From Octopus sinensis (Eukaryota): a stretch of DNA of 64,000 bases. The notes beneath the pieces were generated by a model. It worked only from the letters and a program-made list of their open reading frames with translations, was not told where the DNA came from and searched no databases. The translations under genes and the position numbers were made by a program. The DNA is taken from positions 30,256,001-30,320,000 of the forward strand of contig NC_043006.1 in the NCBI RefSeq assembly GCF_006345805.1, written 5' to 3'. This document shows, piece by piece, positions 37,758 to 49,090 of the stretch (position 1 is its first letter; each line of letters begins with the position of its first letter).

Positions 37758-40159
37758 AACAAACAAGATGAGGACAAATATCTGTCAAATATAAATAATG
37801 TAAATAATGTAGCTAATAACAGTTAATAAATTCTATCAAAAGAAAGGTGCTGTTTGACTGTAAAATGTTGTTTTCATAACATCTACATCATCACCATTAT
37901 TTAACATCCATTTTCTGTGACTCATCATCATCCTCATTTAACGCCTTTTGTTGTTATTAGTAAAGGAGAAAAATTAATCAAAAGAAACTAAAGAAGCAGC
38001 AATTAGTAAAATTTTAAAATGATTTATAATAATTGATGACAGTTAATGAATTCCATAAAAGAAAGATAATGAGTCACTGACCTTCTTGATTTTTTTCAGG
38101 ATATGATAGATGTGGAGTCACAGGCTTTGCTGTCTCTGCTTAACAATACCTGGCTTGAGCCCTACTCATAGTTATGGCTTCAAAAAGAAGAATTATTTCT
38201 GCTACCTGCTTCTCCTTTCTTCCAGATTTCTGTAGCATCTGTTTCCACATGGTAGCCATAGTCCCAAATGTACACATTATAAAGCTAATATCACAGCACC
38301 ATAGATGATTGATATTTAATCAGCTAATTGGTGTAGTTGCAGCATCAAGATGCAACTGTTCCAATGAGCAGAGAACAAGAGAAATTTATCAATGGAAGTT
38401 GTAATCATTAAAGTACCACCCACCTCAATCAAAAGCTGTAAGACAATGGTAAAAACCAAATTCCAGTAAATGAAGGCCACCACACAAACATTGTTACATT
38501 GTGAACGTGTCCACAGCAGAAGACAGGTATTCTTAGATTGTTTAAAGTACTCAGAGCATAAATGGCTGACGTTACCAAATATTTGACAACCAGCTGAAAG
38601 GCTAACACTATTTTTATCACAAGTGCTGTATCATGTTTATGGTCATGACACTTCAAAAGCCTTTTCTCAGATTGTATTCATTTATATATCTACCATAAAT
38701 TATGCATAACTGGAATGTTTTACAAAACAATAATGAAACAAAACAGCAACTAAGAAAGACTTCATGATCAAGGTTAGTGGAACATTATAAATGAAAAAGT
38801 TAGACTATACGAGGCATAATGGTTGTGATATTTGAAATTCCATATCATATATATTGTGTGATTATTAATTCAAGTGTCACACTACCTTCTGTGACCTGTT
38901 TCTGGATAAGGTACTTTACCTCTGTTTGGCTTATTTAGCCTACCAGATACAGACCCCTTTCTTTTATCACATATTGCAATTGTATCATTGGTTACAGGTT
39001 TCCAATTGGCCAATCAAACACTCACAAAATTTTTGTTAGCAATATTGACAACAAAGTGTCAATAACTTGCAACAGAGTAAACATCACAAGGAACTTTGTT
39101 CAATGAGCACTACTTCAAGTTTTATGTCCTTCAGCAATATATACCATCAGAAGATACACACTCCCACGCATATCCATAATTATGCATTCATACATCTTCC
39201 TCCTTATTCATCATTCATTTCCAAAAATGACCACCTGTTTGACACTGACAGTATTTCTTAAAGAAAATCAACAACAGAGTATGCAGGTGACCAGATAACA
39301 GCAACTGCTCTTGCCAATTCTACCCTGTGCATTCCCACCAACAGCAAAGTTGTATGCCTTGGTAATATTTCATTGCCTCCATCACATGTGGTGCTCTGAC
39401 CACTACAGTCAGAGGTCCTCTGTCTCTTTTTGGTTGCAAGAAGTTTGAGCCTTGACTTGCATTGGACTTGGATAATAGAGATGGATGATCAGCTTTCAAT
39501 CTCACATCCTTAACTTCTTCAACCAATAGTGAGACAGGCTGAGATGACTGAAGATGTACCAGGGATGCAGAGGAATCACTCAGGTGATTAACTCCTTAAC
39601 TGTCACCAGCAATCTTGCTAGATATTACCTTTTCTGTTCATTAAAACTTGATTACTTATGGTTGAGTTTCCTCCACACAGTTCACTAGAAATCCTGTTTT
39701 CACACTTGTAGAGTGACAAGCCCTTTAAGAATTTCACCTTGTTTTGCCATCCTTCCAATGCTTATGTCCAGGTGGTGATCCCAATGGGAACCAGTGACAG
39801 ACAAGCTGTTCTGGAAAAGAATTGGCAAGACCCACTACCAAAAGTCCTGCTCCTCCCTGACACACCATACTTCCTATACATATACACTTGTAACAGGATT
39901 CTACACAGTTACTATTTACCAAATTCTACACACAAGATATGGTTAATCTGAGGTTATTCTACAAGACACTTTTCCAAAGTGCTATTTTCTGAGACGAACC
40001 CAGAACCACATGGTTGCAAAGCAAACTTCTTAACTACACAGCCTTTCCTGTGAAGAGTGGAAAAAAATAAAAAAACAAAAAACAAGAAGCTGGAACCAAT
40101 TCCTCCAACAATGTAAAAACTTTCAAAAACTATTCTACCAAACAAAGAAGAAAATTCAG

Positions 40160-40455
40160 TGTGTAAATAATAATAACAAGTGAAAAACTATGATGAATTG
40201 AAGCAGAAAATACGCAGGTTATGGGCAACGAAGAGAGTGGACATGATACCAACAGTGATTGGCATGCTTGGAAGTACCAGGACTCAACTACCAACATAGC
40301 TTAAAAAGAATTGTACAAATGTAGTTAGAACATCAAACAAAATCATCATTACTGCAAGAGTTCTCTGCAGGGTTCTTAAAGTATGACCAGTAAAACAAGT
40401 GTCACTTTAGTCCACCTGGTTGTGGACAGCTGTCACTTTTCATCAAATAATAATG
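40160..40455 (+). pseudogene. R4/Dong-type RLE LINE 3' fragment
   Basis: KNYDELKQKIRRLW..VDMIPTVIGMLG..ARVLCRVL; short AAT repeats on both sides. Confidence 0.7.
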
Positions 40456-40674
40456 TTTCAGATTTTTGCACAAGGCCAGCAATTTTAGAGGGAGAAGGTC
40501 AGTTAATTGACCCCACTACTTCATGAGCAATTTATTTCATTGACCCCCCACCAAAAAGATGGAAGGCAAAGTTGACCTTAGTGAGATTTGCACTTACAGT
40601 GTAAGGAGCCAAAAGAAATGCCACTAAGCTATTTGTCTGGAACTCTAATGATTCTGCCAGCTCACGGCCTTTTA

Positions 40675-40880
40675 CAAGTTCGAGAAATATGTCGAAAAAG
40701 TCGGAATTGACATGAGAGCAGAACAAGACCAAAAAACTACTCTGCTGAGGATAGCTAGGATTTTGAGAGTGGTATTTGGATGTTGAATGTCTCCCACGAT
40801 AATTAACAACCAAGTATCAAATGTTATAATGTGCGGAAAGAGACCCTGTGAGACCTCTGACTGCATGCTGCTGTCCGCTC
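40675..40880 (+). pseudogene. R4/Dong-type LINE extreme 3' fragment
   Basis: QKTTLLRIARILRVVF-stop followed by a 3' UTR-like hairpin region. Confidence 0.55.
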
Positions 40881-41444
40881 TCACAGAATCTACCAGAACA
40901 AACAAGGCTCTCATGGCTTCTGATCTTAACTAATTGGAAGTGTTAACATGCATGTATTTTGTCTCAGTGCAAAAGATGGGCTACAGCTAATATTCTGACC
41001 AATACAACAGATTTGCTTGTCAGTTGTTTGTCCTTAACCAACTGAGCATGTCCCTTAGTGACTGACAAAATGTACATCTCTGATCATGAGCAGGAGTAGT
41101 GGGAGAGCATCATAGCCATCTGTTGAGAGGAATTCTTTGGGGTTTGGATAATTCACCTTTGGAAACATTGGTGTTTTGTTCATCAACCTCAAACAAATCT
41201 TATTCAAGGACGTTTTGAGTGAAGTGGGCTTCTCAACCTGTGGAAAATTCTAACTGGGTCCCTACCTGCAAGTTCATGTGTTGTTTATCTTGATATGAGG
41301 TCACAATATCGTGCACATATGGTTGTGGTACATGCGCCTGGTGTACTCTTATCAGACAGGTAATCATGATAGGTATATTGGGTTTGTATCCCAGTGTCAC
41401 TTTAATGACATGTGTTTCTCTCTCACTCAATAATAATAATAATA

Positions 41445-41640
41445 ATAATGATTTCCCTACTGATTGATCCCTCATGTCCATTTGATTCCAGAATTGTGAA
41501 GAAAGAAGATGAAAAGTTGAAAAAATACAATCCCTTAAAATTTGAGATTGTGAGGATTTGGAGCATGAAATCTATAAAGGTTGTAGTTGTGATAATTGGT
41601 GCATCAGGGACTGTGGGCGATGACATAAGACCATCCTGAA
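41445..41640 (+). pseudogene. R4/Dong-type RLE fragment
   Basis: IDPSCPFDSRIVKKEDEKLKKYNPLKFEIVRIW..VIIGASGTV directly after (AAT)n. Confidence 0.75.
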
Positions 41641-43344
41641 TCAAGTTGAATTATAATTCCATGAGACAGCAGGGATGAAACTGTTGAAGAATGCAAACAA
41701 TTAGAGAACTAAACTGCTTGCAAACCAAAATCCATGGTTTGATTTTTAATCCTTTTGGAAACCAATCAACATTAGTTTTGTTACTAAAGACATTAACCCA
41801 AATCCATTCCTCAATCTCATTTGTCCTCCACTCAGATCTGAGGTTTTGCAATTTTGTTAGAATTAAAAACAATGAAGTTATTGTTGTCATATCTATAAAA
41901 GGCATGATGTGTGTGTGTACGTGATTGTAATTTATGCACATCCACAAATTAGCACGCATGTTGCTCAAATTTTAAGAGGACATTCGTCAATACACTATAT
42001 GGGTTTTGTCAACTTATTTTTTACCTGAGGCACCCGTGGATAGCGGTAAAATTCTATTTTCAGCCATAGCTTTTAGCCATAAAAAAATATCAGCCATAGC
42101 TTTTTGACGGCATCTAACAAAAAAAAATACGATAAAGAAAAGTGGAAGAGGAGCAGAGAATTTCACGGGAAAAACAAAGTGAGAGAGGGAGAGAGAAATT
42201 AAGTGACGATGTTAAAAAAAAGCTATTTTTAGCCATAGCTTTTTGACAGCGTCTAACAAAAAAAATAAGATAAAGAAAAGTGGAAGAGAGTTTCACAATG
42301 TCTAAACAAAAAAAAAGGGAAAGACAAAGTGAGAGAGGGAGAGAGAGAGAGAGAGAGAGAGAGTAAGTGATGACGTTCATGAAAAATAAAATGTAAAATG
42401 TTTTGTTTTTTCTTAAACACGAGATATAGTGTTCAAATTCAGGATGTTTTTGAAAGACACTATATTTTATAATCATAGTATTATAAAAATAGGATCACAT
42501 GCGGTCGTATCATGTAGGAGACACGGTTGCACGTGGTCATATTCTTAATGAAATATTACAGACCATATAATACATACAGCGGCAATAGAACACAAGTGGA
42601 ATGACAACAAGATTTCTTTTTGAGATATATACATTATTTATTTCACATATTTTACAATCATGCTGATGTTGGAAGTTTGTAAGTGTTAGCATGTTTTTGT
42701 GTCCGTGTGTTCGTGAGCGTGACAGAGTAAATCAGGTGAATGTGATTGACATAGAAAAGTACCTGATGGTAGAGGCGGTGAATATAGTAGGCTTCTCGTG
42801 TTGTTTGTATCGACATAGCAACAGATAGTAGCAGATAGCTTAAGGTAGTTCTTAGAAGAACTAGAACTCAAGACAGATAATTGATTTACTGTTTATGAGG
42901 TACACGGAGTGTAAGAGTTCCATATCAAGATGCTGCGTCTCGTAGTTGAGATTAATTGAATCACTTGTTGTGTTTTATCTTTCTCTTGATATGAATATAC
43001 TTCCAGATATATTAACTGTAGCCGTTTTTCCCGTGGTGAGATTTTCACCTAACCGCTAGAGTTGAATCTGTAGTTGTCTTGTGTACAAATTAAATCTTTG
43101 TAGATAGAGACGATGTTTGGCGATGAGTTGTGTCTGTCGCTTGGTTTTTGCTGCGTCTTCATTATATATTCTGCTTGGTTATTTTTCTCTAGTTATAGAT
43201 ATCCTGTAACCGTTCTTTTCATGGTGATATTTCCACACTAACAGTATGAGAGGAATCTGTAACATCTTGTGTACAAGCTAAATCTTCGTGGATAGTTATG
43301 CTTGGTGATTGCCTGCCTTTCGAACCGGAACATGGTTGGTATGC

Positions 43345-43592
43345 TCTGTGTGGTCCGAGGTCTGCCCTGAAAAGGACTGTAACCTAAGACGAGCTCTGTG
43401 GTCAGAGGTTTAGCTATGAAAAGAACTAAAAACCTAAGACAAACTCTGTGGTCAGAGATTAGCCCTGAGAAGGACTAGAAACCTAAGACGAGCTCTGTGA
43501 TCAGAGGTTTAGCTCTGAAAAGAACTAAAAACCCAAGACGAACTCTGTGGTCAGAGGTTAGCCCTGAGAAGGACTAGAAACCTAAGACGAAA
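43345..43592. repeat. Five ~49-bp tandem units in alternating A/B order, each opening with a CTCTG-N4-CAGAG-type hairpin
   Basis: Units 1,3,5 carry GCCCTGA(G/A)AAGGACT; units 2,4 carry GCTNTGAAAAGAACTAAAAA. Confidence 0.9.
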
Positions 43593-43604
43593 GGTGTTTG
43601 AAAA

Positions 43605-43820
43605 CACTCCTTTATATATTGTTTGGGTGGCTCAAACGAACTTCAGAAATGGAAAGCTGTGATTGGCTGCTTGGAACAAATGGCGTGAAAATAAGCGGAG
43701 GCAAATCGCGTCACGTGACAACCAGCAGTGCGAACGTAGTAGAGACCACTCGTGTCACATGTCAATCAGTGGCGCGAAAATAGGTAGAGACAAATCGCGT
43801 CACGTGTCAACCAATCGGAT
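43605..43820 (-). promoter_or_regulatory. Pol II promoter-like module inside the Helitron
   Basis: Minus-strand TATATAAAGG (43609-43618), CCAAT boxes (43661, 43811), duplicated TGGCG(T/C)GAAAA plus GTCACGTG module. Confidence 0.55.
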
Positions 43821-45607
43821 TAGTGTTTACAACAATGTTAAACTAGCCGAAGATGTTTGTAATCTCGAACGAGATTATTCTTAATACTCTTCTCAAACAG
43901 TGAAGATAGCAATGAGGGAAACGATATTGCTACAGTATATATACTTTGTCACACAACAATTACAATTTATTTATTTTAAATCACTTATTTATTTTAAATC
44001 GTTCATCTTTCTCCCCACCTCTCTCTCACACACATTACTTTGGGTGCGAAAGAGTTTTGTTTTTATTTTATGCCGAGTAAAAAAGTGTTTTGTTGAGAGT
44101 CAATATTACTTAGTTTGGTTTGAAATAAAGAACTTGATTAGCTTAATAATCGTAACTGAATCCCGGGCAAGGCCGGGTTATACTGCTAGTGTACAATACA
44201 CCAAGTTTATCAGACTCACCTGTTTATGAGTGTCTTTGGCAGAGTCTACTCTCTTACAAGCATTTATATTAAGTCTCTAGCCTGAAGAAAACTCAAGGAC
44301 TTGATACACCACAGTTTATGAATTGTCTACCCCCAACCCCCACACACACTTCAGAAGTTCTGCAAAAATCATGTGAATAGGGGAGGGGCTGCTGTCTCTT
44401 CCTCTTTTGACTAAGCCACAAAATAGAGAAAAATATCTCCAATAATTATATAATGTAAGTTAACAAAGTAGTCAGCCATTGACTAACTCACTCAGTATGG
44501 ACCATCCTAGCAGTTGATGTATTCAATAGGAACTATAAACAATGAGTATTGATCCGATGTAAGAAATCAATATAATTAAATAGCAGGTAGTAAATGACTG
44601 AGAGGTTGGTTCCTAACTGAGTCCACAATCTGGTTTCAACATCTCCTCTACTAATTTACTGCACCAATGATCTTCAGAGTGACTTCAATGCCACGTTGTC
44701 CCTTAATACGTTTTTTTATGAATATTTGATTTATAGCTGGTAAATTGATAAGTCAATTTCATTAATTAGGGTTGATGTGAAATCAGCTTTAAAATGATCC
44801 TACTGATAATCAATACAACTAGACTGTATTATGGTGGTCATTTGAGTTACTGTCCTCATAGCAGAGTGTCCCTTTATATAACAATACTTCGTTTTCATAT
44901 TTTGTCAGAGAAGAGAGAGGTGATACCTCTTTAACCTTTGCACACATTCCCGGCAGACTGATGAGGTCAATGCACTTCAATGTCTGTGAGTTAATGTCAA
45001 AGAAAAACATGTGAGCAAGGAAGATATTCCAGAGAGATACAGTTCTGAAGAGGAAAGGTTGAGCAAAGCCAAAGAAGTAGATGTGTAAATCCTGATGCAT
45101 AAAGTCTGATGCTTTCCCATCAACAGTATGTTGTTGTTAGTATTACTGTCAGTCGATCACAGGAATTTTTCTCTTGTGTGTGTTGGCAGCAGTGGTGACG
45201 GTGGGAGGGGCTTCCATTGTCCCTTTTCTAAACAAACTTCAAATCTATCAGGTTGAAGAGGTTTTAACATAATTGTATGGATTTCTTCTTGACAGCTTTC
45301 AGATCACTGAAGCCTCAGTACTTGCACTACAACACACACACATGCACATGTATACACTACCGTCATTAGATCTCTGAAATATAACACATGCACCCACACA
45401 CACATCTAGGAACTGGAAAATAAATATTTACTTCAGATCATCTCAAGTAAACAATATTGAAAAAGGAGGTTTATAATGAACCTTTTCTCAACTTTCCCAG
45501 CCCAACACATTTAGCCACAGAATATTATGCAAGTCATTGCCATTGTCATTCTCACCTCCAAAAAGTTTTTTTCATCTGCAGAATATTTGATTAAAGATGT
45601 CGATGTG

Positions 45608-45742
45608 GATGTGTGGTAAGAAGTTTGTTTCCAAACCACATGGCTTTGGGCTCAATCCCAATGCCTGGCAAGTGTCTTCTACTATAGCTCTGGGCCAATC
45701 AAAGCCTTGTGAGTGGATTTGATGAATGGAAACTGAAAGGAG

Positions 45743-45813
<71 letters not shown>

Positions 45814-45960
45814 TGTGTATGTATGTTATTGTTTTCTTGCTTTTACATTGTATGATAGCTGTAAACAAGTGCCACCATCATACAAGTAGTGTCCTTCATA
45901 CCCAATCCTCAGTGAAAATCTTTATGGGAAAATGTTACTTCCCTTGGAAACAATGTTCTA
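45608..45960 (+). mobile_element. SINE family A head + (CT)n + middle segment shared with 3540-3700
   Basis: Same chimeric subfamily as 3383-3775. Confidence 0.7.
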
Positions 45961-46624
45961 AGTAGGGCTGGGGGGATTTACAGGAGGTTGGTGACACAAT
46001 TAGTAACTGTACTGGGTGGCACCAATCTTAGTGATATCATTGCACCCAGGAACTAATTTCAAAGATGGTTACATAATCACTTGACAAGCTACAGAATAAT
46101 ATCGTAATTCTTTTCTACTCTAGGCACAAAGCCTGAAATTTTGGGGGAGATGGGACCAGTCAATTAGCTATACCACAGTACACAACTGGTACTTAATTTA
46201 TCGACCCCGAAATGATGAAAGGCAAAGTCAACCTTGGCAGAATTTGAACTCAGAATGTAATGACAGACGAAATACTGCTAAACATTTCACCTGGCATGCT
46301 AACATATCTGCTAGCTTGCCACCTTTAGAATAATATCATTATTAACTTTGGTTCAAATATTGGGCCTAACATAAGCAATGTGCCAGAAGTATAAGGACAG
46401 GATAGGGAAACACAAAGGAAAGTTACCAAGAACCCTTGCTAAACCCCTGCAAAATATTGTGCTCTTAGTTTCCCTGTTTTGACCTTAGTAATCTGGTAAT
46501 TCTCAAGAGAGATATTAGAGCTTCATTACAAAAGTACACGCTTCCTCCAGTTTAGTCAAAATCTTTTTTTACTGTTACTGTAGGAACATGGTTTCGTAAA
46601 TTCTATAACATTTTTTAATAACAC

Positions 46625-46800
46625 TTGGTCAAAGAATTATATTTTGGTCAAGGGATTATTATTTTTTGGTTAAATGATTGTTTTTTTCTCTTCAAAGGAT
46701 TATTTTTTTGGCTAAAGGATTATTTTTTGGTTAAATAATTATATTTTGGTTAAAAGATTAATGTTTGGTAATGGATTATCTTTTGGTTTAGGGATTATTT
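46625..46800. repeat. Degenerate ~19-21-bp minisatellite TTTTGGTTAAAGGATTAT
   Basis: About nine imperfect units. Confidence 0.75.
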
Positions 46801-47687
46801 TCATACTCAACTTTTCTTGAGCATGCTTTAAAATCTTTAACTAACATAGGCATAGGAGTGGCTGTGTGGTAAGTAGCTTGTTTACCAACCACATGGTTCT
46901 GGGTTCAGTCCCACTGCGTGACACCTTGGGCAAGTGTTTTCTACTTAACACTAAAGGTGGCAAAGTGGCAGAGTTATTAAAATGTAAAAAAAAAATGCTT
47001 TGTGGTATTTATTTGGGATCTTTATATTCTGAGTTTAAATCCTGCAATGGTCCGTGTCATCTGTCATCCTTCCAAGGTCAGTAAAATAAAGTGCCAGTCT
47101 AAGTACTGGAATCCATGATATCAGCTAACCTGCTCCCCATAAACCTGTTGGTTCTGTGCCCAAATCAAAAACCATATTTTCTTAAGGGTCTGCACAAAAC
47201 TATATTATTGACAGAGAAAAACTCCTACAAGTATTTAACACAGCCAGAAGAGATATTTATAATAAGGGAAATTTTTGGCAAAGAAAGATGAGGGAGATAG
47301 GAATGGATGTATTTAGAATTAACTGGTGAAAGTAATGGACATGTTTCCTTGTATGTCTCCACTGTCCTGTTTTTGTTTCCAACTTTGACCCTCCACAAAT
47401 CCCAAATTTTATTTTGGTTTGCAGGAGCAATTGCCTTTGAAGACTCATATTGTCGTTCAATGCTCAAAATGAGGAGTAGATGGACAGCCAAAAACTGATG
47501 AAGGGTCATTCTTTATGTTACTTGTCCTGTTTTCCATTTGTTTCTCTCGTTGTTTGTGTATTCAACTCTTTTGTCTTCATATTTCATGTTGTTTACAGTT
47601 TGTGATGTCCTGTACCCATATATGCACATATATATGTGTGTATGTAAGTACATATATATATATATATGCATATATTTATATTATTAG

Positions 47688-47718
<31 letters not shown>

Positions 47719-47746
47719 CATTAATATATATATATATATATATACA

Positions 47747-48105
47747 TGGAGGTGCAATGGCCCAGTGGTTAGGGCAGCAGACTTGTGGTCATGGGATCGC
47801 AGTTTTGATCCCCAGACTGGGTGGTGTGAGTGTTTATTGAGCGAAATACCTAAAGCTCCACGAGGCTCCAGCAGGGGGTAATGGTGAACCCTGCTGTACT
47901 CTTTCATCACAAATTTCTTTCATTCTTTCTTCCTGTTTCTGTTGTACCTGTATTTCAAAGGGCCAGTCTTGTCACACTGAATCTCCCCAAGAACTACGTT
48001 AATGGTACATGTGTCTGTGTGGTACTCAGCCACTTTCACAAGCAGGCTGTTCTATTGATTAGATCAACCGGAACCCTCATTGTCATAATCAACAGAGTGC
48101 CATGT
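47747..48105 (+). mobile_element. tRNA-derived SINE family D
   Basis: TGGCCCAGTGGTTAGG A box, degenerate B box GTTTTGATCCC, unique body. Confidence 0.6.
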
Positions 48106-48119
48106 TTTATATATACATA

Positions 48120-49082
48120 TGGGATCTGGACAAAACCCCGCTAGGACAAAACCCCCTTAGTGCGATAGAGGACAAAACCCTTCGGTTATATTTTTCATTT
48201 ATTTTACGTTTTTTTTTCTTTTTTATTTGTTTCAGTCATTAGACTGCTGCCATACTGGGGCGTCACTTTAATGAATTTTTAGTCTCAGAAAAATTAGTAT
48301 TTTAAAATTTAAATTTAAAGTCTTTTCTTTTCTTCTCTCTGCACTTAGATATTAACGAGAATGAGCTGACCTTTTGAACTTTCTCTAAACGTTGAAGGTC
48401 TAACAGAATTATGGCGCCAAAGGTTAGTCATCTTGTTATCATTTATATTTTTCTACACTTTTCTTGAAGCAACTGTTTTGTTAGAATTCAGACAATATGT
48501 ATATTGAGTAGTAAGGAGTTTTGTGTTTTGTTATTCTATTCTACTTATTTATTTTCGATTCAATATAATTTTGTTTACTTAAAAATTTTATTTCAAAAAG
48601 TAAAAGTAATTTTACAACTGATTTTCGTTTTTGTTTACATGAAATTATAAAAAAAAAAAATTCAAGGGATTTGGTTATTATTTCATGTGCTGGTTGAAAA
48701 TCACCTAAAAAACATTCTGGGTTCGATACAGTCATCTAGAAATTCTTTGAGGTGGTACTCCAGCATGGCTGCAGTCTAATAACTGCAACAAGTTAAAAAG
48801 AAAAAAAATTCTGAGGTCAGTACTGTCAACTAAAAATTCTTCAAGGCGGTACCAAAGCATGGCCACAGTCTAATGACTGAAACAAGTAAAAAGGGGAAAA
48901 AACGGAAAATAACCAAAAAATATAACTGATGGGGTTTTGTCCACTTTCAAACTTTAACTATGGGAGTTTTGTCCTAGGGTTTTTGTCCAAAGAGGTTTCG
49001 TCCAAGGGGGTTTTGTCCTAGGTGAGTTTTGTACTACACTCATATATATACAGGGTGCAATAGGTAAATTGTGGCCATTTTA
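48120..49082. mobile_element. Non-autonomous DNA transposon with multi-copy GGACAAAACCCC subterminal motifs
   Basis: Three copies at left, about six inverted copies at right; contains SINE A tails and a spliced ATG exon candidate. Confidence 0.7.
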
Positions 49083-49090
49083 TGTTTTTA

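Larger units (their letters stand above)
36620..37808. mobile_element. Tail-out inverted dimer of a tRNA-headed, hammerhead-bearing SINE
   Basis: 13-bp TSD GTAGCTAATAACA at 36607-36619 and 37809-37821; minus arm 36620-37562 (interrupted by SINE C), plus arm 37565-37808 with A box TGGCATAGTGG, B box GTTCAATTCC and (AAT)n. Confidence 0.85.
41892..44189 (+). mobile_element. 2.3-kb non-autonomous Helitron with captured content
   Basis: A|TCTATAAAAGG 5' end; 3' CCCGGGCAAGGCCGGG hairpin then ATACTG-CTAG|T, nearly the same terminus as the element at 18206. Confidence 0.7.

Noticed and set aside
44957-45088. In-frame TGA read as selenocysteine (QCL-TGA-VNVKEK..)
   Set aside because: No recognisable selenoprotein motif or SECIS, and further stops upstream in the same frame
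47490-47520. CTGATGAAGGG as a hammerhead
   Set aside because: No GAAA or stem III follows
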